From Candidatus Heimdallarchaeota archaeon (lineage in GTDB: Archaea; Asgardarchaeota; Heimdallarchaeia; Heimdallarchaeales; Kariarchaeaceae): DNA of 32,000 nucleotides. Made by a program: the position numbers and the translations under genes. The notes below the pieces were generated by a model. It was not told the DNA's origin. It did no database searches and saw only the letters and a program-made list of their open reading frames with translations. The stretch is from positions 720,001 to 752,000 of the forward strand of contig JASBSB010000001.1 of NCBI GenBank assembly GCA_030149205.1, in the 5' to 3' direction. Of the stretch, positions 16,133 through 24,635 are shown one piece after another. Within the stretch, counting starts at the first letter, position 1. Every line of letters begins with the position of its first letter.

Positions 16133-18874
16133 TTAGCTAAATCTGGACCTTCTCTTGATTATGACGACTCCAACCATTGAAATGAGTGAGATGATGACCC
16201 ATGTGCCGTCAACAGGTAACCCAGCGGGTGGGGAGAACACTACACTTGTTTGTGACTCAGAGGTTGTTGTGTTAGTCTTTGTGGGAGTTGGTGTTGGACT
16301 CGGTGTTGGTGTTGGTGTGGGAATCGGTGTGGGTGAAGTATACGTGCTATCAATTGTTATTTGTACTGATGCCTTTCCAATGTTGTTGGATGGATCAGCA
16401 GCCCTGATCTCCAAAATATAGCTGCCATCAATATACTGTGTGGTATTGAGAGTATAGCTGTTGACCGTCAATTTTGTTAATGACAACCCATCTAATAATA
16501 TCTCATAGTATGAGATCCCGTTGGTATCACTTGCAGTAAAGTTCAGGTCATATAGCCCATTTAATATGCTCCCGTTCACAGGGTTGTGGATTGTTACAAC
16601 TGGAGGGGTTTTGTCTGGATTTGTATTCTTAATCTGAACTATCACACTGGCAGAACCTATATTCCCAGTTGGATCTTTTGCACTGACGAAAATCAGATAA
16701 TAACCATCAGCAAACGTTGTTGTGTCTAAGCTGACGTCCCCAGATACTGTTGAGAGAACTGTGTTATTTAATTTCACTTCTACACTTGCAATTCCATTCG
16801 CATCTGAGGCAGAGTAAGCAATTAATGCGATACCTGAGAGTACAGATGAATTTGTAGGTGAACTGATTTGGACAGTGGGAGGCGTGGTATCAGGGGGTGC
16901 TGCATTTTTGAAGGTAACTGTCACTGTTGATTTTCCAATATTTCCAGAGGGATCCACAGCGGTCACTTCAATAGTGTGAGAACCATCAGGGTAGGCTGAG
17001 GTATCAAGAATGAAGTAACCGAAGTTTTTGCTAACAGATACTGTGTCTACAAAGACCTCATATCCAACCACTCCGTTTGCATCTGATCCAGTGTAGGAGA
17101 TGTTTAACTTTCCAGAAACCGTTACACCAGTTGCAGGATTTGTAATTTTAACTGTGGGAGGGGTGGTGTCAGGCGGAGGGGGTGCAGTATTTCCCACTGT
17201 GATACTCACCGATGCAGACCCAATATTCCCTGCAGGATCCGTGGCTGTGACCTTGATAGTGTGAGTGCCATCAGGATACGTTGTTGTATCCAAACTAAAG
17301 GGACTGGGTGATGAGCTTTTTACGACGTTGTCTACAAGAACTTGCTGGCTAGTCACTCCATTGGTATCAGTCGCAGAGAAGACTACCGAGATGGTTCCAG
17401 CAACTGTTGCACCATTTGTTGGTGAGCTGATGATTACCACTGGTGGAGTTGTATCAGGGAGAGATGTGTAAAAAATTGCACCTTCTGAATATGGCACATA
17501 CCCTGTAAGTTTATTCAAGATGTTTCCAAAGGTGTTAATAAGTTTCCCTGTGATATCATATTGCTGTATATCTCCTTTGGTAGAATCAATTACAACCAAA
17601 TCTTTGATTGAGTCACCATCGATATCTGGAAACTCACTCATGTCAGGTAGGTTAGATGTGCCTTCGGCCCTTCTTGGGAGATAGACTGGCGTGGTTAATT
17701 CAAAGAGCGACTTACCAATTTTTGAATCGATTAGAGCAAAACCCTTTCCGACATTATTTGGATCAGCCAAGTGAATAAACACCTCAGGAACTGAATCTTT
17801 ATTTAAATCGAAGCTTCCACTCATTGAGAAATCTGCCATTAGCTGTTTAAAACTCAATAAAGGGTTTAAATCCTTCCCTGTTGACCAATCGGCAAATCTT
17901 AAGGTTCCGCTGTCAACTGAATTAAGAGGTTTAGAACTCATAAGTGTTAATCCCAGCTTTTGCACATCAGGACTTGCAAAGATTGCCTTAGGAGTGGTTA
18001 TATCAAGCTTTAATGACCAGAGTAGTTTGAGGGATAGATAGGTTGCCCAGTTTGGTAGTGTGGTTCCACCAGTGAATAGTTGAGGTTTAAGATCACCATT
18101 TAAATCACTTAGAAGGTTAATGTTTTGACCGGGTGTAACCGTCAGAGATGCCAGATTCTTGGTGACTAAGCCGCTGAAGCTAACAATGTTGTAAAGACCT
18201 GTTTTATTGTTAAAGAAAACTGCATCAGGAACTTTGTCTCCATTGTAGTCGTAAAATGCACCAACTGATGCTGGACTTTCAGGATTGTTATATGTCAGGA
18301 GCACCTTTCCAGTTGCAGAATCTAAAATTGATGCCTGATCTGCATTCATGTACCTGTAAAAAAAGAGCTCTTTGGTTTTATCACCATCAAAATCCACAAA
18401 ACGTAGGTATCTGTAGATATCACTTGTAGTTGATGAGATAACTGTTTTCCAAATAACTTTTCCAGTGCTTTCATCAAGCCTGGAGATATAGTGATCATAA
18501 CCCTTTGCGGTTTTCACCTGATTCCATCCATAGATCTCAGAGACTCCATCATTGTCTGTATCTTGTACTCCACTTAGAAACATGCCATCTGCAACCCACT
18601 TAACGACAAAGGTTTTGGTTCCTGAATCATATTGCAGGTTGACAATTGCAGGGGTTCCAGTACTAGACATCACGCTGACTGCCAGGCTCTGAATTGGCAC
18701 AGCGTTTGGAAGAATGGAGTCTTTCAAGGGAAGTCCTTTGTCGCTGAAGGCATCAATTGAATCTGTGGGTGTATAGATCTTTGACTGTACAGACAGATTA
18801 CTTGAACCAATCACCAGCAGGACACTTAGGAGAATCCCAATTGTGAACATGTTGATTTTCGACCTGTTCTTCAT
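16133..18874 (-). CDS. Large surface protein: FG-GAP/VCBS-like Ca-binding propeller + 4 Ig-like (Big) domains + PT linker + C-terminal anchor
   Basis: Signal peptide; six DxD/NxD loops (DTDNDG, DFDGDK, DYNGDK, DLNGDL, DLNKDS, DIDGDS); four D(T/K)TPPxVxIxxPxxG-type repeats each with DxxGNIG; TPTPSPTPTPT; TM + KRRSRFS. Confidence 0.85.
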   Translation of the reverse strand: MKNRSKINMFTIGILLSVLLVIGSSNLSVQSKIYTPTDSIDAFSDKGLPLKDSILPNAVPIQSLAVSVMSSTGTPAIVNLQYDSGTKTFVVKWVADGMFLSGVQDTDNDGVSEIYGWNQVKTAKGYDHYISRLDESTGKVIWKTVISSTTSDIYRYLRFVDFDGDKTKELFFYRYMNADQASILDSATGKVLLTYNNPESPASVGAFYDYNGDKVPDAVFFNNKTGLYNIVSFSGLVTKNLASLTVTPGQNINLLSDLNGDLKPQLFTGGTTLPNWATYLSLKLLWSLKLDITTPKAIFASPDVQKLGLTLMSSKPLNSVDSGTLRFADWSTGKDLNPLLSFKQLMADFSMSGSFDLNKDSVPEVFIHLADPNNVGKGFALIDSKIGKSLFELTTPVYLPRRAEGTSNLPDMSEFPDIDGDSIKDLVVIDSTKGDIQQYDITGKLINTFGNILNKLTGYVPYSEGAIFYTSLPDTTPPVVIISSPTNGATVAGTISVVFSATDTNGVTSQQVLVDNVVKSSSPSPFSLDTTTYPDGTHTIKVTATDPAGNIGSASVSITVGNTAPPPPDTTPPTVKITNPATGVTVSGKLNISYTGSDANGVVGYEVFVDTVSVSKNFGYFILDTSAYPDGSHTIEVTAVDPSGNIGKSTVTVTFKNAAPPDTTPPTVQISSPTNSSVLSGIALIAYSASDANGIASVEVKLNNTVLSTVSGDVSLDTTTFADGYYLIFVSAKDPTGNIGSASVIVQIKNTNPDKTPPVVTIHNPVNGSILNGLYDLNFTASDTNGISYYEILLDGLSLTKLTVNSYTLNTTQYIDGSYILEIRAADPSNNIGKASVQITIDSTYTSPTPIPTPTPTPSPTPTPTKTNTTTSESQTSVVFSPPAGLPVDGTWVIISLISMVGVVIIKRRSRFS
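16262..16340 (-). repeat. Low-complexity Pro-Thr linker-coding repeat
   Basis: GGTGTT/GGTGTG-type hexamers on + strand encoding PTPIPTPTPTPSPTPTPTKT. Confidence 0.8.
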
Positions 18875-18896
18875 AAGATTTATGTAAACGCTGTGC

Positions 18897-18904
18897 TATT
18901 TAAA
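18897..18904 (-). promoter_or_regulatory. Archaeal TATA box of the large surface protein gene
   Basis: TTTAAATA on the minus strand, 23 nt upstream of ATG 18874. Confidence 0.6.
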
Positions 18905-19029
18905 CATTGTTCATTTTAATCGGATTCTGTTATTTTGCAAATTTTAAGGGCTTAAGGATTAGGAGAGGAGAAATATTCTTTTACACGAGTTGACAGATTT
19001 GACAGAAAATAAGCAAACCTACGAGAGCT

Positions 19030-19875
19030 TTGAATAACTTAGAAATATGGGAGAGAAAGGAGAAATTTGTTGAAATGTTTTTAGAATCTTCTCAATACAA
19101 AGTTTATAAAGGAAAAACAGGTGAGATTAGGTATATTAGGTCTGGTGAAGGACAGGTGACTTTGGTTTTAATCCCAGGTACAACTGGTGATGCAAGGATC
19201 TTCAGCCTTTTATTTCCAATTTTAGCAGATAGATTTTCCCTGGTGGCAATTGATCATCCCAGTGTAACTACGTTAGATGAATATCTGGACATTTTGAGTG
19301 AGTTTTTGATCTCCCTTGGGGGTTCTGATCTCTTTGTTCTAGGGACATCTTTGGGTGGGAGAGTGGTTGAATACGTATTAGAGAGAAATTCCACAAATAT
19401 TAAAGGTATAATCCTTGGGAACTCGTATGTTGACAACTCTGAATTGGTCGAAAAAAACAGGGTAAATGCCGTCCTGCTGAAAATTATCCCTACATTCCTG
19501 ATCAAAAAGATCCTAAAGGGAGGGATCAAGAAGAGTTTTGCCAAACATCCTGAATCAAAATTGTTATTTCAGTATTTTAATGAACTCCTTGATAATGAGA
19601 GCCGCAAAAGTATTCTAGGTAAACTCTATCTGAATCTAAAGACATTTCCACTTCCTAGTCCTCATCCAGAACTTCCGAAACTACTGATTCTTAGCGAAGA
19701 AGATCCTTTGATACCTCAAAACACTCAAAATCGATTGATGACATATTACAATGTGAATTCAACTGTCGTCTGGGTTGGAGAAAAAACTCACTTTCCCTAC
19801 TTGACTATTCCATCAGCCTATGCCAATGGAATTTTAAATTTTATAGAGACAGTGGTCGGTCAAAATAAGGCGTGA
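19030..19875 (+). CDS. Alpha/beta hydrolase, maspardin (SPG21)-like
   Basis: LIPGTTGDARIF; nucleophile elbow GTSLGG; IILGNSYVD; EEDPLI (acid); KTHFPYL (His). Confidence 0.8.
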   Translation: MNNLEIWERKEKFVEMFLESSQYKVYKGKTGEIRYIRSGEGQVTLVLIPGTTGDARIFSLLFPILADRFSLVAIDHPSVTTLDEYLDILSEFLISLGGSDLFVLGTSLGGRVVEYVLERNSTNIKGIILGNSYVDNSELVEKNRVNAVLLKIIPTFLIKKILKGGIKKSFAKHPESKLLFQYFNELLDNESRKSILGKLYLNLKTFPLPSPHPELPKLLILSEEDPLIPQNTQNRLMTYYNVNSTVVWVGEKTHFPYLTIPSAYANGILNFIETVVGQNKA

Positions 19876-19940
19876 GATTGCTTTAACCGACAAAAGAATC
19901 TGATAGATAAATTTTTATTGGTTTCCAGAATGCAAATTAT

Positions 19941-21002
19941 ATGAGAATTGAAGAAATAGAGTTACATACAGCCCCTGATGAGTTCATTGAACGATATCTT
20001 GACTTTCAAGAGCTGATACATAACAGTTATTACTCGACAGACATTCAACAGGAGAGAGAGACAAGAAGAGTAAACATACGTCTACCACCATCCAAGAAAT
20101 ACACAAAAAACTATTTTGCTTTCGAGAATGAAGAGATTATTGGTCAAGGTAACTTTACATATCAGTTGAATGAAAATGAGACGAATCCTGACCATGCAGA
20201 AATCTATATTGAGATACATCCCGATCATCTCCATCAGGGGTACAGTAAGAAACTACTAAAATTGTTGGCAAAAGAAGCATTGGAGAACAAAAAAAGCAAG
20301 ATTGAAACTTATTCCAGGTCAGACTTGAATTCAGAAGTAGTCACTGAATATATCAACAAACTGGGTGGTAAGAGAACTCAGATAGAGAGACAAAACAGGT
20401 TGTATAAGGAAACAGTTAACTGGGACTACATAAACGATACAAAGAACAAATATCAAGAGATAGAAAATAATTTTCAGTTTGTCAGAATGGATAAGCACTC
20501 TCGACACCAAAGAATTGTTGAAGATGATGCCTTCACTGCAGAGAACGCAGATTTTTATACCTCAACCGTGAATCTTATTCCTCGGGAAGATTCAAGTAGA
20601 GATGATGAGGTTATTACAGCGAAGGATGTGAAAGAGCGAGCTGAACTGGGATTAAAATCATCATGGAATTCTGACTTTTATTATCTCATGGAAGGGGATA
20701 AAATTATTGGGTTTAGTGGTCTGCACTATCCTAATGAAGATCCTGTCAAATGGGCTGGAACTGGATTAACTGCTGTACGTAAGGAATACCAAGGAAGAGG
20801 AATTGCCTCGTTTCTCAAGGTCAAGGTCACAGAGTATATGTTCAAAACATTTCCAGAGCTTGTTTACATTAATACAGAAAACAACAACACAAATCAGGCT
20901 ATGATACATATCAATGAGAAACTCGGATATAAGGAGATCTATCAGTGGTGGATATTTGAGATCCCCCTTGAAGGTATACAAGCATTTTTACAGCAAAACT
21001 AA
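19941..21002 (+). CDS. Tandem-domain GNAT N-acetyltransferase
   Basis: Two acetyl-CoA motifs: IHPDHLHQGYSKKLL and TAVRKEYQGRGIASFLK; TENNNTNQAMIHINEKLGY. Confidence 0.9.
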   Translation: MRIEEIELHTAPDEFIERYLDFQELIHNSYYSTDIQQERETRRVNIRLPPSKKYTKNYFAFENEEIIGQGNFTYQLNENETNPDHAEIYIEIHPDHLHQGYSKKLLKLLAKEALENKKSKIETYSRSDLNSEVVTEYINKLGGKRTQIERQNRLYKETVNWDYINDTKNKYQEIENNFQFVRMDKHSRHQRIVEDDAFTAENADFYTSTVNLIPREDSSRDDEVITAKDVKERAELGLKSSWNSDFYYLMEGDKIIGFSGLHYPNEDPVKWAGTGLTAVRKEYQGRGIASFLKVKVTEYMFKTFPELVYINTENNNTNQAMIHINEKLGYKEIYQWWIFEIPLEGIQAFLQQN

Positions 21003-21217
21003 GTTTTCCTATATTGATGAGAAATTGAGATTGAATTACTTTTGATTTATGAAAGTTTTAATGAAAGTTTAAGATTTGTATTTCATTAGTTTATGTCTTA
21101 AAGCTATATTCTTACTGGTTGAAAAGCTTCTCATCATTCAGATTGAGGTCTTCTCTAGGTTTTCCTCTAATAATGGTCTTACCATAACCTTGTTCCTTCA
21201 CTTCAAATCCCTTTGCC

Positions 21218-22285
21218 TTAAAAATAGCCAAAAAAACCCTCTATCTCACGCCGAGATTCAATAATAATGTTTTTTGAAAAATGAGCTTGCGGGATGACTT
21301 CTATATTTGACACCTTCCCCTCTATTATTGGATAGTACCCCTCTAGAGAATATTCTCCTGTGAGAGTGACTGTCCCCTCATTCTCTACAATCTCAATATT
21401 GATGACCTTCTCAATTGGGACTGGATCTTTTCTTTTTTTAGGAGAAAATTCATTCACCTTATATTTAACATAATTTAAGTTTCTAATAGCAATAATCCCT
21501 GTTAAAATTGTCAAGACCAATAAAAACAACTCTATTAACAACACTATGAATTCTGAAACTCCTAAGTATAAGTTTAGATTTGATGCCGATAAAAGTAATA
21601 CTAAAATCATCAAATATCCCAAAACAAAGGCACTCACTCCAAATTTAATTGCATTGTTCATTGCTTTTCTACCTAAGCCATCCTTCCAGTGTGAAGTTTT
21701 TTCATAGATATCAACTGGAACCGTGCGTCTTTTAACAAGAAATTCTAAGGATGTATCAGTAACAACCAGGTTGTATTCAAATAGGGAATCATCTATGAAA
21801 TAAATTATATTTTCTACAAACAGCTTAATTTTTGATAATTTAAACTTATTGAATTCAAGCTCTTCAAGTTTCATAGGTGTGGAAATTAAGATTACGCAGG
21901 TTGAATCCATTGTTATTTTCAATAAATCGATATCACGTGAGTAAAACATTACTTTTTTGCGAGATTTTCGAAATTCTAGAAAATTTGATCCTACCACAGC
22001 TTGTTGATCCTGATTGGCAATTAAATACCTTCCTAGAGAAAGGATAATCAATAATCCCAAAACAAAAGGAAATAATGGTTGCATAGAGTTGTAAAAATTT
22101 CTAAGTGACGTGGAATAACTTGTGAAATTAATGAAATACCAACTATCAATAATTAAGTACGGAATAACAATAAACATAAAAATATTATAAAGTAAGGTGT
22201 AAACAATAGAATTACTCGAAATAGAAAAAGGAGAGTCAACGAAGGTCTTTTTCGGTAGATATGAATCCTTTGTTTCGTTTGTCAT
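21218..22285 (-). CDS. Membrane protein, (2TM + PH-like) x2 family paralog
   Basis: Two TM pairs; YFIDDSLFEY and HWKDGLG motifs shared with 22435-23595. Confidence 0.6.
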   Translation of the reverse strand: MTNETKDSYLPKKTFVDSPFSISSNSIVYTLLYNIFMFIVIPYLIIDSWYFINFTSYSTSLRNFYNSMQPLFPFVLGLLIILSLGRYLIANQDQQAVVGSNFLEFRKSRKKVMFYSRDIDLLKITMDSTCVILISTPMKLEELEFNKFKLSKIKLFVENIIYFIDDSLFEYNLVVTDTSLEFLVKRRTVPVDIYEKTSHWKDGLGRKAMNNAIKFGVSAFVLGYLMILVLLLSASNLNLYLGVSEFIVLLIELFLLVLTILTGIIAIRNLNYVKYKVNEFSPKKRKDPVPIEKVINIEIVENEGTVTLTGEYSLEGYYPIIEGKVSNIEVIPQAHFSKNIIIESRREIEGFFGYF

Positions 22286-22434
22286 TTAATACCTTTATGT
22301 TTCGTGTGCTAAAAAATATTATGTGGTGCTCCATACTTTTAACAAACTTTTTGAAAGAATCTGAGTTCTTGTGTCCAAAATTCATTACCTGGTAAAGTTC
22401 AAATACGTCTAAGTAAATTTAGATTTACAAACAC

Positions 22435-23595
22435 ATGTTTGCGGACAAAGATTATGAGTTAAAGGAGTTAGAACGGGACTCAGAATTTACAGTTTCTGGG
22501 AGAAGTTTATTTTTCAATTTTGTATTAGGGGGAGTGCTCTATCTCCTTATAATCATATTTTTGTCAGATATAATGGATTCTGCTTCTCAAAGGCAATTTG
22601 AGATAGTCATAACTCCATGGACACCACTTACTAACCCTCTCGTTTATATCCTACTAACCCTAACCTATTTCATATTTTACAGGGTCGGCACAGAAAAGGT
22701 AAATGTTAATCCAACTTTTCTCTCAATTGAGAAAAATGGTAAAAAGGTGTACTTAAATTTGAGACAGGTGCTTGAATTGCAAATAAGTTACCAAGACGCC
22801 TTAGAAATTAAATTTAAAACCCTATTATTAAATAATGAACTTAAGTTGTTAAATCTGAATTTATCTGCGTCACAGGAATTAGTTGATAAGATAGCCTATT
22901 ATCTGGATAATAACCTATTTGAATTTACATATTCTGATGAAATGTGCTTCTTAAAGGTTATAAGACGTTCAAAGTTAGAATATGATCGCGTGGGGCTAAA
23001 TCATTGGATTGATATTGTTGGAGAAAACTCTTTCACCAAATTTCAATCTGCTAAAAAAAGAATTAAGCTATATTTAGGGCTCTCTTTTTTGGTGTTTTTT
23101 TTGGTTGTATTCAGGAACAGATTAAGCATGCCTTTCACTGCACAAATTGTATCCGTTATTATTTTAAGCCTCTTACTTAGCACCTGCGCCTATTTATTGG
23201 GGCGAATCTTAAGAAATCAGAGGTTTATCAGATACACAGATACCCTACTTTTCCTAAGTTGGCAGAATCGGGTTATTAATTTTAAAGAGCTTACATTTAT
23301 AGAATTAATCAAGAACGGAAAAATTCTTTTGATAAAGGGTGAGTACTCCAATCACACTCCAATTCAGGATTACCAGTACAGGTTTTTTAGATCAAGACTT
23401 AAGCTTGAAACACAGAGACCTAAAGCTTCAAAATTTTCTGGGTGGGTGAAAGTTCATCAGAATATTGAGGTTGAGAATCTACTAAACTTATTCAGAGGTG
23501 AGGGTTACATTTTGGATAGGACAGATAGAGGTGTAACTATATCTAAGATTCCTAGGGGCTTTATGCTTGCTGGATCAATTCAGAATTCTGCTTAA
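22435..23595 (+). CDS. Membrane protein, (2TM + PH-like) x2 family paralog, divergent from 21218-22285
   Basis: Two TM pairs; YYLDNNLFEF and HWIDIVG motifs; RFIRYTDTLLFL after the second TM pair. Confidence 0.6.
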   Translation: MFADKDYELKELERDSEFTVSGRSLFFNFVLGGVLYLLIIIFLSDIMDSASQRQFEIVITPWTPLTNPLVYILLTLTYFIFYRVGTEKVNVNPTFLSIEKNGKKVYLNLRQVLELQISYQDALEIKFKTLLLNNELKLLNLNLSASQELVDKIAYYLDNNLFEFTYSDEMCFLKVIRRSKLEYDRVGLNHWIDIVGENSFTKFQSAKKRIKLYLGLSFLVFFLVVFRNRLSMPFTAQIVSVIILSLLLSTCAYLLGRILRNQRFIRYTDTLLFLSWQNRVINFKELTFIELIKNGKILLIKGEYSNHTPIQDYQYRFFRSRLKLETQRPKASKFSGWVKVHQNIEVENLLNLFRGEGYILDRTDRGVTISKIPRGFMLAGSIQNSA

Positions 23596-23704
23596 ACCCA
23601 TCAAACTCATAAATAAAGTAAATATTTTTATTAGCCTTTAAAGGAGAATTGTAGCTGATTTATCTTAGCATTTTACTAATTCATGACACTAGAAGATTTA
23701 AAAA

Positions 23705-24391
23705 ATGAGTTTGAGGGACATTGTGGAAAATATAGCTCAGAAACTTTTCAAGGCAAATAAACTAAGAATTGAGTTTATCGAAAATCCTGAGCTGTTGGAT
23801 AGACATTCATCATTCGAGGTGCTACAAATTCTGGATGATGAAGATGTTTTAAACCAAAGTTCTGTAGAAAACCTGTTAACCTACGCTGAAATTCTCTATT
23901 ACAAAGGGTACGGGTCAGACTCTCTTCTGAACGTGTTCAGCACCCCAATACATGTTCTATTTAACCTATTTCATGGAACAACATTTAGAACCGGTAAACT
24001 CAGAACAATGATTGACACATATATTGGATTGACCATAAATGATGTAAGAAGGATAGGAAAGGGCACAGTTGGCACTTTTATGACAAGATACCTACAGGTT
24101 GCGTTTCTTTATGGAGAGATTGTTTTTGAATTAGAGAATTTATCCTCACCAATTTATCTTGACCCAGATCCATTTAACTTTAGGACACCAGAATATGCCT
24201 CCCAACAGAGCTATGCTCAGTTTTATTCTAAGACACCAATTCCAATCAAAAATGTAAAGAGTGTGTATATCCATGAATCTGTGGGTGACAAACTTAAAAA
24301 TCTACAAAAAATTAAATATGATGTTCTTAAGCATTCAATTCGAGTAGATATGGCTGGATTTCGATACCTTATGGATCAGATGGATGGTTGA
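23705..24391 (+). CDS. Putative ADP-ribosyltransferase-fold protein (H-Y-E clade-like, variant triad)
   Basis: LFHGT (H90), I...GL, GTFMT (123-127), A..YG.IVFEL, AQFY...IP..NVKSVYI in ART-fold order and spacing. Confidence 0.6.
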   Translation: MSLRDIVENIAQKLFKANKLRIEFIENPELLDRHSSFEVLQILDDEDVLNQSSVENLLTYAEILYYKGYGSDSLLNVFSTPIHVLFNLFHGTTFRTGKLRTMIDTYIGLTINDVRRIGKGTVGTFMTRYLQVAFLYGEIVFELENLSSPIYLDPDPFNFRTPEYASQQSYAQFYSKTPIPIKNVKSVYIHESVGDKLKNLQKIKYDVLKHSIRVDMAGFRYLMDQMDG

Positions 24392-24455
24392 TTGTTTAGA
24401 TTCAACAGAATTAGAAAGACAGAAGGTTTATATTAGACCGCGAGAATTATAACCT

Positions 24456-24635
24456 ATGGCAGAGATATCCCATAAGCTTAGTCAAAAATCAGAGTTTCAT
24501 AGCTCTATTTCAGATCCCCTCTCACTCAAGAATCTGATGAGTAGGATTCTGGTTGAAGAGGGTGACATGCCTTACAAACAATTGTTAAGAAAAGCTGTCA
24601 GGCTCCAGAAACAGCTCATGAATGAAGCTCAGTAG
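24456..24635 (+). CDS. Small 59-aa helical protein (below the ORF-track cutoff)
   Basis: ATG 24456 to TAG 24635: MAEISHKLSQKSEFHSSISDPLSLKNLMSRILVEEGDMPYKQLLRKAVRLQKQLMNEAQ. TATA-like TTTATATT at 24427-24434, 22 nt upstream. Confidence 0.5.
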   Translation: MAEISHKLSQKSEFHSSISDPLSLKNLMSRILVEEGDMPYKQLLRKAVRLQKQLMNEAQ

